From NCBI GenBank assembly GCA_046116545.1, contig CP175956.1, positions 897,734 through 961,733 of the forward strand: a stretch of 64,000 nt of DNA, given 5' to 3'. The position numbers and the translations under genes were made by a program. Within the stretch, counting starts at the first letter, position 1. Each line of letters opens with the position of its first letter. The stretch comes from Candidatus Moraniibacteriota bacterium. Its GTDB lineage: Bacteria > Patescibacteriota > Minisyncoccia > Moranbacterales > GCA-2747515. The notes under the pieces are model-generated. The model saw only the letters and a program-made list of their open reading frames with translations, ran no database searches and was not told where the DNA came from. Below, piece by piece: positions 1-9,382 of the stretch.

Positions 1-1374
1 ATGAATTTTTTTCTCAATTATTTGAGGTTTCATGAGATTGCCCCCATTTGCTAATGCACTATAAGCTGTTGCCAATTGCAATTGTGTCATTGTTATTCCC
101 TGTCCAAAAGATGCTGTAAAAAACTCTACATGCCTATTGATATAACTTAGATTACTTATATTACCATCTGCCTCAGCGGGTAACTCAATACCAGTTTGCG
201 CTCCAAAACCAAAACGCTCAATATATTCTTTAAATTTTTTATTTCCTACCAATTTTTCCACATAAATAACTCCTGTATTTAAAGATTCTTCCAAAACTTG
301 TGTCATCGTTTGCTTTCCATAAATTTTATCTTCTGAATTTTGAATTTGGTATTCAGCTGTAAAAACTGACCCCGTATCAACATATGTTGTATCTGGAGAT
401 ATCTTATTATCATCAAGACCCATGGCAATCGTTATAGGTTTAAATACTGAACCTGACTCATATTCCTCAGACACAATAGAGTTCCTAAACACAGCCACAT
501 TTTCTACTTCATTATATTTATTTGGAACAAAAGAAGGATAATTTGCAAGAGCTAGTATTTTACCCGTTTTTGGCTCCATAACAATAACAGAACCATCTTC
601 CGCATCAAACTCCTTAACAGCCTCTTCTAATATTCTTTCGACTTCATATTGTACATTATGATCAATCGTCAAATATATATCAGAACCATCAACCTCCTCA
701 TTCACTATTCTATCCGTATTTGTTAACCAGCCACCTCTAGCATCTCTTTCTTGTATAATTTTTCCATCAAGTCCCTGCAACTCATCATCAAAATAAGATT
801 CAATTCCATAACGACCTATATAGTTATTTCCATCTGAGCCAACGAAACCAACTACATGAGATGCTAATGTGCCTCCAGGATAAAACCTGAAGTATTCAGG
901 AATAAAGTGTAATCCATCAATATTTAATTCATTTATTCTATCAACTTCTACACGTTCAACTTTATGTTTTATAACCTCATACACATCTTTTCTTTTGGCA
1001 AATTTTTGCATCACTCTACCAAAGTCAACATCTAACTCATGAGTTATGTCCCTTGCACTTTTTTCAATATCTTCATCCTCAACATCCCTAGGTGATATAT
1101 ACGCCAAAAAATATTCTTTATTCACACCCAATGGATATGTTTCTTTTCTATTTTTCAAAAATATTTCACCTCTGGAAGATACTAAGTTTTTCTCCATTTT
1201 ATGCTGTCTCTCAGCTAAATTCATATATCGATCATACGCAATCACCTGAACATAATATAATTTCAATATCACAACAACTAAAGCTCCACAAAACAGTAAA
1301 AACAATATCGATGTACGTGAATACTGCGACGCACCCCCTTTTTTCGCATTTGTTATTTTATTATTATTTTTCAT
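1..1374 (-). CDS. ftsI: Class B penicillin-binding protein (FtsI/PBP2-type), 3' end outside window
   Basis: Not in ORF track; manual translation from ATG 1374: N-terminal TM, RFYPGGTLASHVVGFVG, YESGSVFKPITIAMGL (SxxK), ASFGQGITMTQLQLATAYSALANGG; follows mraZ-rsmH-ftsL. Confidence 0.9.
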   Translation of the reverse strand, partial: MKNNNKITNAKKGGASQYSRTSILFLLFCGALVVVILKLYYVQVIAYDRYMNLAERQHKMEKNLVSSRGEIFLKNRKETYPLGVNKEYFLAYISPRDVEDEDIEKSARDITHELDVDFGRVMQKFAKRKDVYEVIKHKVERVEVDRINELNIDGLHFIPEYFRFYPGGTLASHVVGFVGSDGNNYIGRYGIESYFDDELQGLDGKIIQERDARGGWLTNTDRIVNEEVDGSDIYLTIDHNVQYEVERILEEAVKEFDAEDGSVIVMEPKTGKILALANYPSFVPNKYNEVENVAVFRNSIVSEEYESGSVFKPITIAMGLDDNKISPDTTYVDTGSVFTAEYQIQNSEDKIYGKQTMTQVLEESLNTGVIYVEKLVGNKKFKEYIERFGFGAQTGIELPAEADGNISNLSYINRHVEFFTASFGQGITMTQLQLATAYSALANGGNLMKPQIIEKKIH

Positions 1375-1385
1375 TCCAACAATTT

Positions 1386-1754
1386 TCAATCTAAGGCAAC
1401 TCTTACTTCCCTTTCTATGTACACAGGACTTTCTACTTCCATCATTTTCTTTTCTTCAATAACCTTTTCTATATCTTCCAATGATCGCAATTGTGCCTCT
1501 TGTATCACTAATTGCTCATTTTCACTAGCTAATGTTTTTATATCTTTCTCAATAGAATAAATTCTATCTCCTTTAATAGCAATATTATTAGAGCTAAATA
1601 AATACATTATACCAACAAACACAACTCCAACAAACACAAAGGCACCGACAGAACTAAATCCTTGTGCGGTTTTATGATGTTTTATTTTTTGTTTTTTAGC
1701 CCCCACACGATACAAGCAATATGATCGTCTGCAAGCTTTTTTATATTTTGACAT
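1386..1754 (-). CDS. ftsL: FtsL-like cell division protein
   Basis: Basic N-terminus, one TM, coiled coil; lies between rsmH and ftsI. Confidence 0.65.
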   Translation of the reverse strand: MSKYKKACRRSYCLYRVGAKKQKIKHHKTAQGFSSVGAFVFVGVVFVGIMYLFSSNNIAIKGDRIYSIEKDIKTLASENEQLVIQEAQLRSLEDIEKVIEEKKMMEVESPVYIEREVRVALD

Positions 1755-1904
1755 GTTGGTTTTTTACCTAACCAACGTGCCCCCCTCACACGTTTGTGAA
1801 TTTTTGTTTTCTTTAGATTGTCTTAATTTACACAAAGACAACTACTACTATCATTACACTAAATAATGATAGACTCACCATCAACTTAATAAATTAACGG
1901 TTTT

Positions 1905-2846
1905 TTAAATTTTTTCCACACTACGCAACCTTGCGCTTCGTGATCGTGGATTATCACTAATTTCTTTTTCACTTGGCTTTATCGGTTTTCGAGTTATAAC
2001 ACGAACACTTGGCTCATGTTCACACCTACAAACTGGCATTTCTGGATCACAAATGCATCCCCTAGCATTTGAACGAAATATATTTTTCACCATTTTGTCT
2101 TCACCTGAATGAAAAGAAACTACACTAAAATATCCTGATTTCTGTAAAACACTTATTCCATCTGTAAGAAAAATCTTCAAATTCTCAAATTCATTATTCA
2201 CCTCTATCCTTATAGCCTGAAATGTTTTTGTTGCTGGGTGAATTTTCTGTTTCCTTTTTACAGAATTTGGAATTGAGTTGATTATAATATCCGCTAATTC
2301 ACCAGAAGTTACAATAGGCCTTTGATTACAAATATTTTTTGCAATCAGATTCGCAAACTTTTCATCACCATAATTCCTAATTATTTGTGATAATTCATTT
2401 TTTGAATATTCATTAACAACGTAATGAGCCGTCAATTCTAACGATTGATCCATGCGCATATCAAGCTTACTCTCGCCCATGAAACTGAATCCCCTATCAG
2501 TTTCATTCATTTGATCTGACGATAAACCTAAATCAGCAACAATTGCATCAACATAATCGATATCAAAATCTTTCAAGATTTTTCTTATATTAGAATAATT
2601 TGAATGAACTATTTTTATTTCCTCCGCTATATCAGGAAAACTATTCTTAAATCTTTCAATTGCTTGCATGTCCTGATCACACACAATCAATGTTCCACCA
2701 GGCATAATTTTTTTATAAATCTCTCTTGCATACCCACCACCACCTAATGTTGCATCAAATACTACCATTCCTTCTTTGAGTTCTAATAACTCAATTGCCT
2801 CTTCCATCAGTACAGGCTTATGTTGCGTTTCTGTCATATCAAACAT
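1905..2846 (-). CDS. rsmH: 16S rRNA m4C1402 methyltransferase RsmH (MraW)
   Basis: HKPVL, DATLGGGG, DLGLSSDQ, LDMRMD, HPATKTFQAIRIEVN, NPRSRSARLR. Confidence 0.97.
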   Translation of the reverse strand: MFDMTETQHKPVLMEEAIELLELKEGMVVFDATLGGGGYAREIYKKIMPGGTLIVCDQDMQAIERFKNSFPDIAEEIKIVHSNYSNIRKILKDFDIDYVDAIVADLGLSSDQMNETDRGFSFMGESKLDMRMDQSLELTAHYVVNEYSKNELSQIIRNYGDEKFANLIAKNICNQRPIVTSGELADIIINSIPNSVKRKQKIHPATKTFQAIRIEVNNEFENLKIFLTDGISVLQKSGYFSVVSFHSGEDKMVKNIFRSNARGCICDPEMPVCRCEHEPSVRVITRKPIKPSEKEISDNPRSRSARLRSVEKI

Positions 2847-2847
2847 A

Positions 2848-3282
2848 TTAATATATTCCGAGTTTTCCTAAATTTTCTGCTATATCATCACTATTACTCT
2901 CAGCCTTCTTTTTATACTCACGCCATTTACATTCATCCCAAATCTCCAATCTATTAAATAATCCGGCTACTACAACTTCTTTTTTCAAATCAGCATATTC
3001 TTTAAGATACTCTGGCAATAAAATTCTCCCCTGAGAATCAGCATTTACATCAGTGGCTCCAGCAAGCATCAATCTAACAAAAGATCTTGTTCCTGCTTCA
3101 CCTATTGGCATAGTGCCTAATTTCTCCGCTAATTCTTTCCAGGCTTTCATAGGATATACAAACAAACATTTATCTAATCCCCTAGTAACAACAACATTCT
3201 TACCAAGCTCTTTTCTAAATTTTGATGGTAATGCCAACCTCTTCTTAGCATCTACAGAATGATTGTATTCTCCAATAAACAT
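2848..3282 (-). CDS. mraZ: Transcriptional regulator MraZ (start moved to ATG 3282)
   Basis: MFIGEYNHSVDAKKRLALPSKFR, DSQGRILLP, RLEIWD. Confidence 0.96.
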   Translation of the reverse strand: MFIGEYNHSVDAKKRLALPSKFRKELGKNVVVTRGLDKCLFVYPMKAWKELAEKLGTMPIGEAGTRSFVRLMLAGATDVNADSQGRILLPEYLKEYADLKKEVVVAGLFNRLEIWDECKWREYKKKAESNSDDIAENLGKLGIY

Positions 3283-3297
3283 AGCTGTATCTATAAA

Positions 3298-3379
3298 TTC
3301 ACCACTTTTCACCACTTAATAGGTCTACAATGACATTTTACACCACTTTGTATGATTACGTCAACAATATTCACCACAT
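3298..3379 (-). promoter_or_regulatory. mraZ/dcw promoter with GTGGTG MraZ-box-like repeats
   Basis: GTGGTG (minus) at 3300-05, 3310-15, 3341-46, 3372-77; TTGACG(3364-3359)-18-TAAAAT(3340-3335). Confidence 0.7.
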
Positions 3380-3391
3380 TAAAATATCAAG

Positions 3392-3411
3392 TTATCCACG
3401 TGTTATCCACA
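3392..3411 (+). promoter_or_regulatory. Tandem DnaA boxes
   Basis: TTATCCACG 3392-3400 and consensus TTATCCACA 3403-3411. Confidence 0.6.
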
Positions 3412-3414
3412 TAC

Positions 3415-3440
3415 AAAAAAACACGTGTTTAAAAACGTGT
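3415..3440 (-). terminator. Intrinsic terminator
   Basis: ACACGT/ACGTGT stem followed by T-run on minus strand, after 3468..4112. Confidence 0.5.
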
Positions 3441-3467
3441 CCTTTCGATTTCTCTACAACTGTTTTT

Positions 3468-4112
3468 TTACGCACCTTTTACTAAACCTCTTCCTCGAAA
3501 AGATGCCTGACCTTTCATATGTAAATCTGGCCTCGTCAGCTTAGACGTGCGAATATTGTACCTGCGACCTAATTTCTCATCAAAAAGTTCATATTCTTCT
3601 TCAGACTTATCAAATGCCATATTTCCAGTAGAAACAACTTTTTTACTCACACCGACGACACCCCGAACGGCTCTTAATAATTCAAAATTTACAACATCAT
3701 CACTATGCATATTCCTATTATCACCAGAAGTCCTTGCACCATTTCTCGTTCGTGAAAAATTAGCTGAATGATGAGCTTTATCGAGCTTTGAAGTATGTGA
3801 CACTATTTTTGAAGGAAAATGTTTTTTTTGAACACTTTTCAAACCTAATTCTTTTGCAAGTATATCTATTTCTCTTTTGCTAAAATTATTATCATTACCA
3901 TATTTCAATGCTGCTAAAGCACTTTTCATTTCTCTTTCCGTAACTCCACCATTTCTATATTTCTTCAATTCATTGAATAGTTGTTTTTTTTCTATACTTT
4001 TATTTACAACATGTTTTTCACTATCTTTTTCTAAAATATCCTTCATTGCAGAACTCTTATGAGCTTTGGAACCCAATAATGATTTTTTTTTATATACAAT
4101 TTTATTTGACAT
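3468..4112 (-). CDS. Hypothetical Lys/Arg-rich protein
   Basis: 214-aa ORF co-oriented with alaS; no recognised motif. Confidence 0.6.
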   Translation of the reverse strand: MSNKIVYKKKSLLGSKAHKSSAMKDILEKDSEKHVVNKSIEKKQLFNELKKYRNGGVTEREMKSALAALKYGNDNNFSKREIDILAKELGLKSVQKKHFPSKIVSHTSKLDKAHHSANFSRTRNGARTSGDNRNMHSDDVVNFELLRAVRGVVGVSKKVVSTGNMAFDKSEEEYELFDEKLGRRYNIRTSKLTRPDLHMKGQASFRGRGLVKGA

Positions 4113-4138
4113 TTTTATTTTTATTAATTATTCAATCA

Positions 4139-6016
4139 TTACTCTATGACAGCCTTAATTCTTCTAACACCTGCACCAGAACTTTTTTCTTTTTTCAATT
4201 TAAATACACCTTTAATTTCATCAACACTTTCTATATGCGGACCACCACATAACTCTCTTGAATAAATTCGCTCATCATCTTTCACGGTATATACCTTAAC
4301 TTGATCTGGATATTTTTCCCAAAATACACCCAAGACACCCATTTCTTGAGCATCAAGCTTTGACATTTCCTCTAATTCTACCATTGCCTTAGAACCAAGT
4401 GCTTTATTTACATATGCCTCTACTGCAATACGTTCTTCATCCGTCAATTTCTCATCATGAGAAAAATCAAATCGTATTCTTTCTGCCGTAATATTTGAAC
4501 CTCTTTGCTCAACATGATTACCCAACACATCTCTAAGACCTGCCAACATTAAATGTGTGACAGTATGTAATTGTGTTGTAATTTCATTGTCATCAGCAAG
4601 TCCTCCTTTAAACTTTCCAGAACTAGCAGTTCTGGATAATTCTTGATGCTTTTCTTGTGCATCTTGAAATTCCTTAATCCATTTTTCATTATATTCCACA
4701 CCTTTTTCCTCCATAGCTTCAACAGTCATTTCAAATGGATATCCATATGTTTGAAATAAATCAAAAAAAGTAGTTCCATTCATTTCTTCTTTTTTCAATT
4801 TATCAAGTATTATTTCACCTTTCTTCAATGTTTTTCTAAACTTTTCTTCTTCTTCATTAATTACTTTATAAATTTTTTCACTATTATCCAAAATATCCTT
4901 ATAATATTCCTTATATGTCTCTACAACGCTGCTAGCTACTATTTTTGTAAAATTGCTTTCTACTCCTAACTGATGTCCAAACCTGATTGAACGTCTTATA
5001 AGACGCCTAGTAAAATAACCTTGATCTTTATTTGATGGAATTGCACCATCATTAATTAGGAACACAGAACCTCTCAAATGATCCATTATTACTCGAAATG
5101 CTCGTGTATCATCATCATTTTCACCATATTTTTTCCCTGATACTATTTCTATCTCAGTACGAATTTTGTCAAAAATCTCACAAGCAAATATATCTGGATT
5201 ATCTTCTACTGCGATAAGCATCCTTTCTAATCCACCTCCAAAATCAATATTTTTATTTTCTAATTCTTCAAATCCATCTGGAGTCCTCATGTACTTCATG
5301 AAAACATTATTACCAATTTCAACAAATCTACCGCAATCACAGTTTGGATGACATTCATCATTACTCCACTTTGAATTTTCATGAAACTTCAAATTCTCAC
5401 CAAGGTCCCAAAACATCTCACTATCAGTACCACCTGGCTCGCCAATTGGCATATTCTCTGGCTCGCCTACACGAGACCACCAATTCTCATCATTCCCATA
5501 ATAAAAAATTCTTCCATCTTGCATACCATTTTTCCGCACATTAAAAACAGCTCTAGCATTTATACCTTTTTTATCAAATTCTTGCTTCCATAATTCTACA
5601 GCTTCAGTATCTTTATCAATATTTAAATCTTCATTTCCTTGATAAACAGATACATATAATCTTTCAGGATCTAAATCTAACTCTTCTGTCAAAAATTCAA
5701 AAATCCACATTATTTGCTTTTCTTTGAAATAATCCCCAAAAGACCAATTTCCCAACATTTCAAAAAAAGTAGTATGTGTATTATCACCAACTTCTTCAAT
5801 GTCACTAGTTCTAAAACATTTTTGTGAATTAGCCACTCTAACACTACCTCCTGGATATTTTTCACCCAAAAGATATGGCACCATCGGTTGCATGCCAGAC
5901 CCTGTAAATAACGTCGTTGGATCATTTTCTGGCAACAAGGAAGCTGAAGAAACTATTTCATGTCCTTTCTTCTTAAAAAAATCTAAATACTTTTGTCGTA
6001 ATTCTATAGCTGTCAT
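4139..6016 (-). CDS. alaS: Alanine--tRNA ligase, short form lacking C-Ala domain
   Basis: DPTTLFTGSGMQP, HTTFFEMLGNWSFGDYFK, editing motifs HTVTH and ELCGGPH; ends at GVRRIKA. Confidence 0.97.
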   Translation of the reverse strand: MTAIELRQKYLDFFKKKGHEIVSSASLLPENDPTTLFTGSGMQPMVPYLLGEKYPGGSVRVANSQKCFRTSDIEEVGDNTHTTFFEMLGNWSFGDYFKEKQIMWIFEFLTEELDLDPERLYVSVYQGNEDLNIDKDTEAVELWKQEFDKKGINARAVFNVRKNGMQDGRIFYYGNDENWWSRVGEPENMPIGEPGGTDSEMFWDLGENLKFHENSKWSNDECHPNCDCGRFVEIGNNVFMKYMRTPDGFEELENKNIDFGGGLERMLIAVEDNPDIFACEIFDKIRTEIEIVSGKKYGENDDDTRAFRVIMDHLRGSVFLINDGAIPSNKDQGYFTRRLIRRSIRFGHQLGVESNFTKIVASSVVETYKEYYKDILDNSEKIYKVINEEEEKFRKTLKKGEIILDKLKKEEMNGTTFFDLFQTYGYPFEMTVEAMEEKGVEYNEKWIKEFQDAQEKHQELSRTASSGKFKGGLADDNEITTQLHTVTHLMLAGLRDVLGNHVEQRGSNITAERIRFDFSHDEKLTDEERIAVEAYVNKALGSKAMVELEEMSKLDAQEMGVLGVFWEKYPDQVKVYTVKDDERIYSRELCGGPHIESVDEIKGVFKLKKEKSSGAGVRRIKAVIE

Positions 6017-6017
6017 A

Positions 6018-6260
6018 TTATCCTAACTCTTTTTTAAAATTATCAATTATATTGTCAAATGCACGTTCATACAATCCATTTTTTTCAAATTTAGTATTTA
6101 ATAAACTATATTTTTGCATTATCATATCAACATCATCTGCAGTTTTTGCATATTTTATTTTTTCACTACAAAAAGATAATTGCTTTTGAATTGTACCCGG
6201 TACATCGACATCATCCCCAATTACTTCATACACCTGCTGTTCCAATGTTTTTTTACTCAT
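6018..6260 (-). CDS. Hypothetical protein
   Basis: 80-aa ORF tightly packed upstream of alaS. Confidence 0.6.
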   Translation of the reverse strand: MSKKTLEQQVYEVIGDDVDVPGTIQKQLSFCSEKIKYAKTADDVDMIMQKYSLLNTKFEKNGLYERAFDNIIDNFKKELG

Positions 6261-6265
6261 AATTT

Positions 6266-6541
6266 TTATCCTAATTCAATTAGTTTTTTCTTTATACGCC
6301 TTAATTCATCTTCAATAAATGTTTCTTTTTCTGTAAATTTCTTGTTTTCAGTTTCATTTTCTTTTATATATACATTAATTCTACTTCGCTCTCGCTCATG
6401 TCTCCTCAGCTCATCTTTTAATTCTTCTTTTTTACGTTGCACTTTTTTTAAATCAGATCTATATGACATCTCTTGCATTGTTATACGTCTTTTAAGTTTG
6501 ACGAGTTCTTCATCTGACATGCTACTTTTATCTATATACAT
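6266..6541 (-). CDS. Hypothetical coiled-coil protein
   Basis: 91 aa, E/K/R-rich helical pattern, operon spacing. Confidence 0.6.
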   Translation of the reverse strand: MYIDKSSMSDEELVKLKRRITMQEMSYRSDLKKVQRKKEELKDELRRHERERSRINVYIKENETENKKFTEKETFIEDELRRIKKKLIELG

Positions 6542-6615
6542 AAAGAAAATATAATGTTAATACTAATATACTACGTTAAATTATTACACATTTCAAGTAA
6601 TTGGTTTATAATATT

Positions 6616-7563
6616 CTATAAAATATTAAATAATTTTCCTATAAAAAAAATGTAAAACATCACAAACATTGCACCTTCCCATAAATAAATCTTTCGTGAA
6701 ATACCGCTTATCAAAAATAAAAATGTTGTCGCAGCCATAACTGGTATACCTATACTCATCGTAATTGCATCAACCTGTAAACTAGTAAATAATGCTGGCA
6801 CTCCAACAACTATAAGTACATTAAATGAATTTGAACCAAAAATATTACCAATAGCTAAATCCGCCTTACCCTTCAATGCTGCCTTTACAGATACTATTAA
6901 CTCTGGCAAAGATGTACCAATGGCAACAGCTGTTATAGAAATAAGTGCTGATTTTATGCTTAAAACATCAGCAATGTTAACAACTGCTGTAATTAAATAT
7001 TTTGCACCAAATATCAATGCTACAGCACCTATAATAAGCGTACCTATTAATTTTACAGATACTTTATCATTTTTCTTTTTCTTATCAACATTATCAATGT
7101 TTTCATCTTTTGAAAAAATAGTATAGGCAAAATAAATTGCATACGTGCCTATCAAAATCAAAGCCTCTCCAAATGTAACGTTTCCATCCCACGCAACAGC
7201 CAAAAAAATAACTGTACTAGCCGCTAGCATAGGAAGATCCACATCTATCAAGCTTTTTGAAACAGTTAAATGTCTAGCTATTATAGTAGAAATACCTACA
7301 ACAAGTAATATATTTGAAATATTTGAACCCACTGCGTTTGCTATGATTATATCAGTCTCACCATCTCTAAGTGCAAAAATTGCAACAGCTAACTCAGGTA
7401 GAGACGTTCCCAGGCCTATTATTACAGCACCTATAATAAATGCTGACAAACCCAAAGCTCTACCAATTTTCTCACTTGAAATCAAAAATAAATCAGCACC
7501 CTTTACCATTACTATCATAGCCACTACAAAGACTCCTACCCAAAATAATACTTCCATTGTCAT
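6616..7563 (-). CDS. Ca2+/Na+ antiporter, YrbG/CaCA family
   Basis: Two alpha repeats GTSLPEL...GSN, about 10 TM. Confidence 0.93.
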   Translation of the reverse strand: MTMEVLFWVGVFVVAMIVMVKGADLFLISSEKIGRALGLSAFIIGAVIIGLGTSLPELAVAIFALRDGETDIIIANAVGSNISNILLVVGISTIIARHLTVSKSLIDVDLPMLAASTVIFLAVAWDGNVTFGEALILIGTYAIYFAYTIFSKDENIDNVDKKKKNDKVSVKLIGTLIIGAVALIFGAKYLITAVVNIADVLSIKSALISITAVAIGTSLPELIVSVKAALKGKADLAIGNIFGSNSFNVLIVVGVPALFTSLQVDAITMSIGIPVMAATTFLFLISGISRKIYLWEGAMFVMFYIFFIGKLFNIL

Positions 7564-7568
7564 ATATT

Positions 7569-9350
7569 TTATTCTTTATCTTTTTGAGATTTATTAATTA
7601 TATTTCTAATAGAAGAAAGATCTATATTAGGTTTATTTGATGAATGTGCAAATTTCTTTGGAGCAACATGTTTTAGTTGAGATAATTTTAATGGTTTTTC
7701 ATTATTTGTTATCACAACATCCTTTTCGATAATTTCATCTTTTTTTTCCTCCTTCTTAACTGCTACTTTTTTAGGTGTTTTTTTTGGAATTTGTTCTTGT
7801 TGTGTATTTTCTTTTGTTTTAGCAAGTGTTCTCTGATGATCTTTAAAACACTCTTTACAAAAAACAGGCCTGTCACCATCAGGCTTAAATGGCACCTGAA
7901 CATTCAATTCACACATAGCACAAGTAGCATCATACACATCCTTTTTTTGAGACTCCTCATTATCATCATTTTTCACTACAGCAACTCTATCTGTAACTTT
8001 ATCTGTAACTTTTGTAGCATTAGTTTTTTTATTTTCTACAGTATTTCGTTTATTTGCAATTACAGTTGGCTTTTCTATAATCATTCCCGTCCATCTAGCT
8101 ATTTTTTCTTCAACTACCTCTCTATCCTCTGAATATCTTTCTCTAGAAACTTGTATCACCTTATCTGTACTATCCTCGTATTTTCTATCAATTGGCGGAA
8201 GTGTCGTAGCACTAAATGCATCTCCAGAAATACCATCTATCATCAACTTCAAATAAATATTGTATTTTGGCAAATTCACAATATCATTCATTGTAAACAC
8301 TGGCTCAAATTCTTTCTCAAGGTATTCAGCATCTGTCGCACCCACACGAAAAGAAACTATTGTCCCCACATTTCCAAATATAGCATCCCGCACAATTTCA
8401 TCTAGTTGCATTATGTACTGATTTGCTAAAATCAAATTCAAACGATATTTACGAGCTTCTGACAAAATATTTGCAAACGCCTCTGTAGCAAAGTTTTGAA
8501 ACTCATCAACATATAAATAAAAATCTTTACGACTTTCTTCTGGAGTATCTACCCTGCCCATAGCTGCAAGCTGAATTTTTGTAATAATCATTGCACCTAC
8601 CAAAGAACTATTATCCTCACCCATCCGTCCCTTTGATAAATTCAATATAAGAATTTTCTGATTATCCATTACATCACGTATATCAAAAGCTGATTTTGTT
8701 TGTCCCAATAAATTACGTATAATTGGACTTGTCAAAAACTGTCCAACTTTATTTTGGATTGGAGAAATAACCTCCTGTAAAACTCTTTCATTCCATTTTG
8801 GAAATTCATCCACCCAAAAAGCCTTCACAACAGGATCTGTAATATTATTAGATACACGAATACGATATTTTTTATCTGTCAAAATACGCATTACACCAAG
8901 TAAAGTACTACCAGGAGTCTCCAGTAAAGCCAATAAAGCATTTCTAAGAATATATTCAAGTCTAGGACCCCAAGAATCAGCCCACAATTTTTGAAATACA
9001 CCTATAAGACCAGAAGCAACCAAAGGTCGAAATTCACGTGGAACTTCTTCTAACACATTAAAAGCTATCGGGAAATCTTGATCAGAAGGATTAAAATAAA
9101 TGACATCATTTATTCTTTCTGGAGGTATCATACTAATTAACTTTTCTGCCGTATCACCATGTGGATCAACAAAACACATACCATGCCCACTTCGTATATC
9201 TTGAATAGCAAGATTCTCAAGCATGTTGGTTTTACCCATACCAGTCTTACCAATAGCGTATAAATGCCGACGTCTATCGTCAGTTTTTATACCAAATGCT
9301 GTTGCTTGATTTCTAAAATTCGTTTGTGCAAATGCTGTTATCTCTGTCAT
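7569..9350 (-). CDS. VirD4/TraG-like P-loop ATPase with C-terminal CxxC-x17-CxxC zinc ribbon
   Basis: Walker A GKTGMGKT, FVDPHGD, Walker B LYVDEFQNF, LSEARKY; tail CAMC...VPFKPDGDRPVFCKEC. Confidence 0.88.
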   Translation of the reverse strand: MTEITAFAQTNFRNQATAFGIKTDDRRRHLYAIGKTGMGKTNMLENLAIQDIRSGHGMCFVDPHGDTAEKLISMIPPERINDVIYFNPSDQDFPIAFNVLEEVPREFRPLVASGLIGVFQKLWADSWGPRLEYILRNALLALLETPGSTLLGVMRILTDKKYRIRVSNNITDPVVKAFWVDEFPKWNERVLQEVISPIQNKVGQFLTSPIIRNLLGQTKSAFDIRDVMDNQKILILNLSKGRMGEDNSSLVGAMIITKIQLAAMGRVDTPEESRKDFYLYVDEFQNFATEAFANILSEARKYRLNLILANQYIMQLDEIVRDAIFGNVGTIVSFRVGATDAEYLEKEFEPVFTMNDIVNLPKYNIYLKLMIDGISGDAFSATTLPPIDRKYEDSTDKVIQVSRERYSEDREVVEEKIARWTGMIIEKPTVIANKRNTVENKKTNATKVTDKVTDRVAVVKNDDNEESQKKDVYDATCAMCELNVQVPFKPDGDRPVFCKECFKDHQRTLAKTKENTQQEQIPKKTPKKVAVKKEEKKDEIIEKDVVITNNEKPLKLSQLKHVAPKKFAHSSNKPNIDLSSIRNIINKSQKDKE

Positions 9351-9382
9351 AAAAAAATTATTTATTGATTGTAATATTATAC

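Noticed and set aside
3392-3411. Replication origin
   Set aside because: Only two DnaA boxes, no dnaA/dnaN nearby, and gene orientation does not switch
4139-6016. Short AlaRS as a truncation or pseudogene
   Set aside because: Catalytic and editing motifs are intact with a clean stop; C-Ala-less forms are known in reduced genomes
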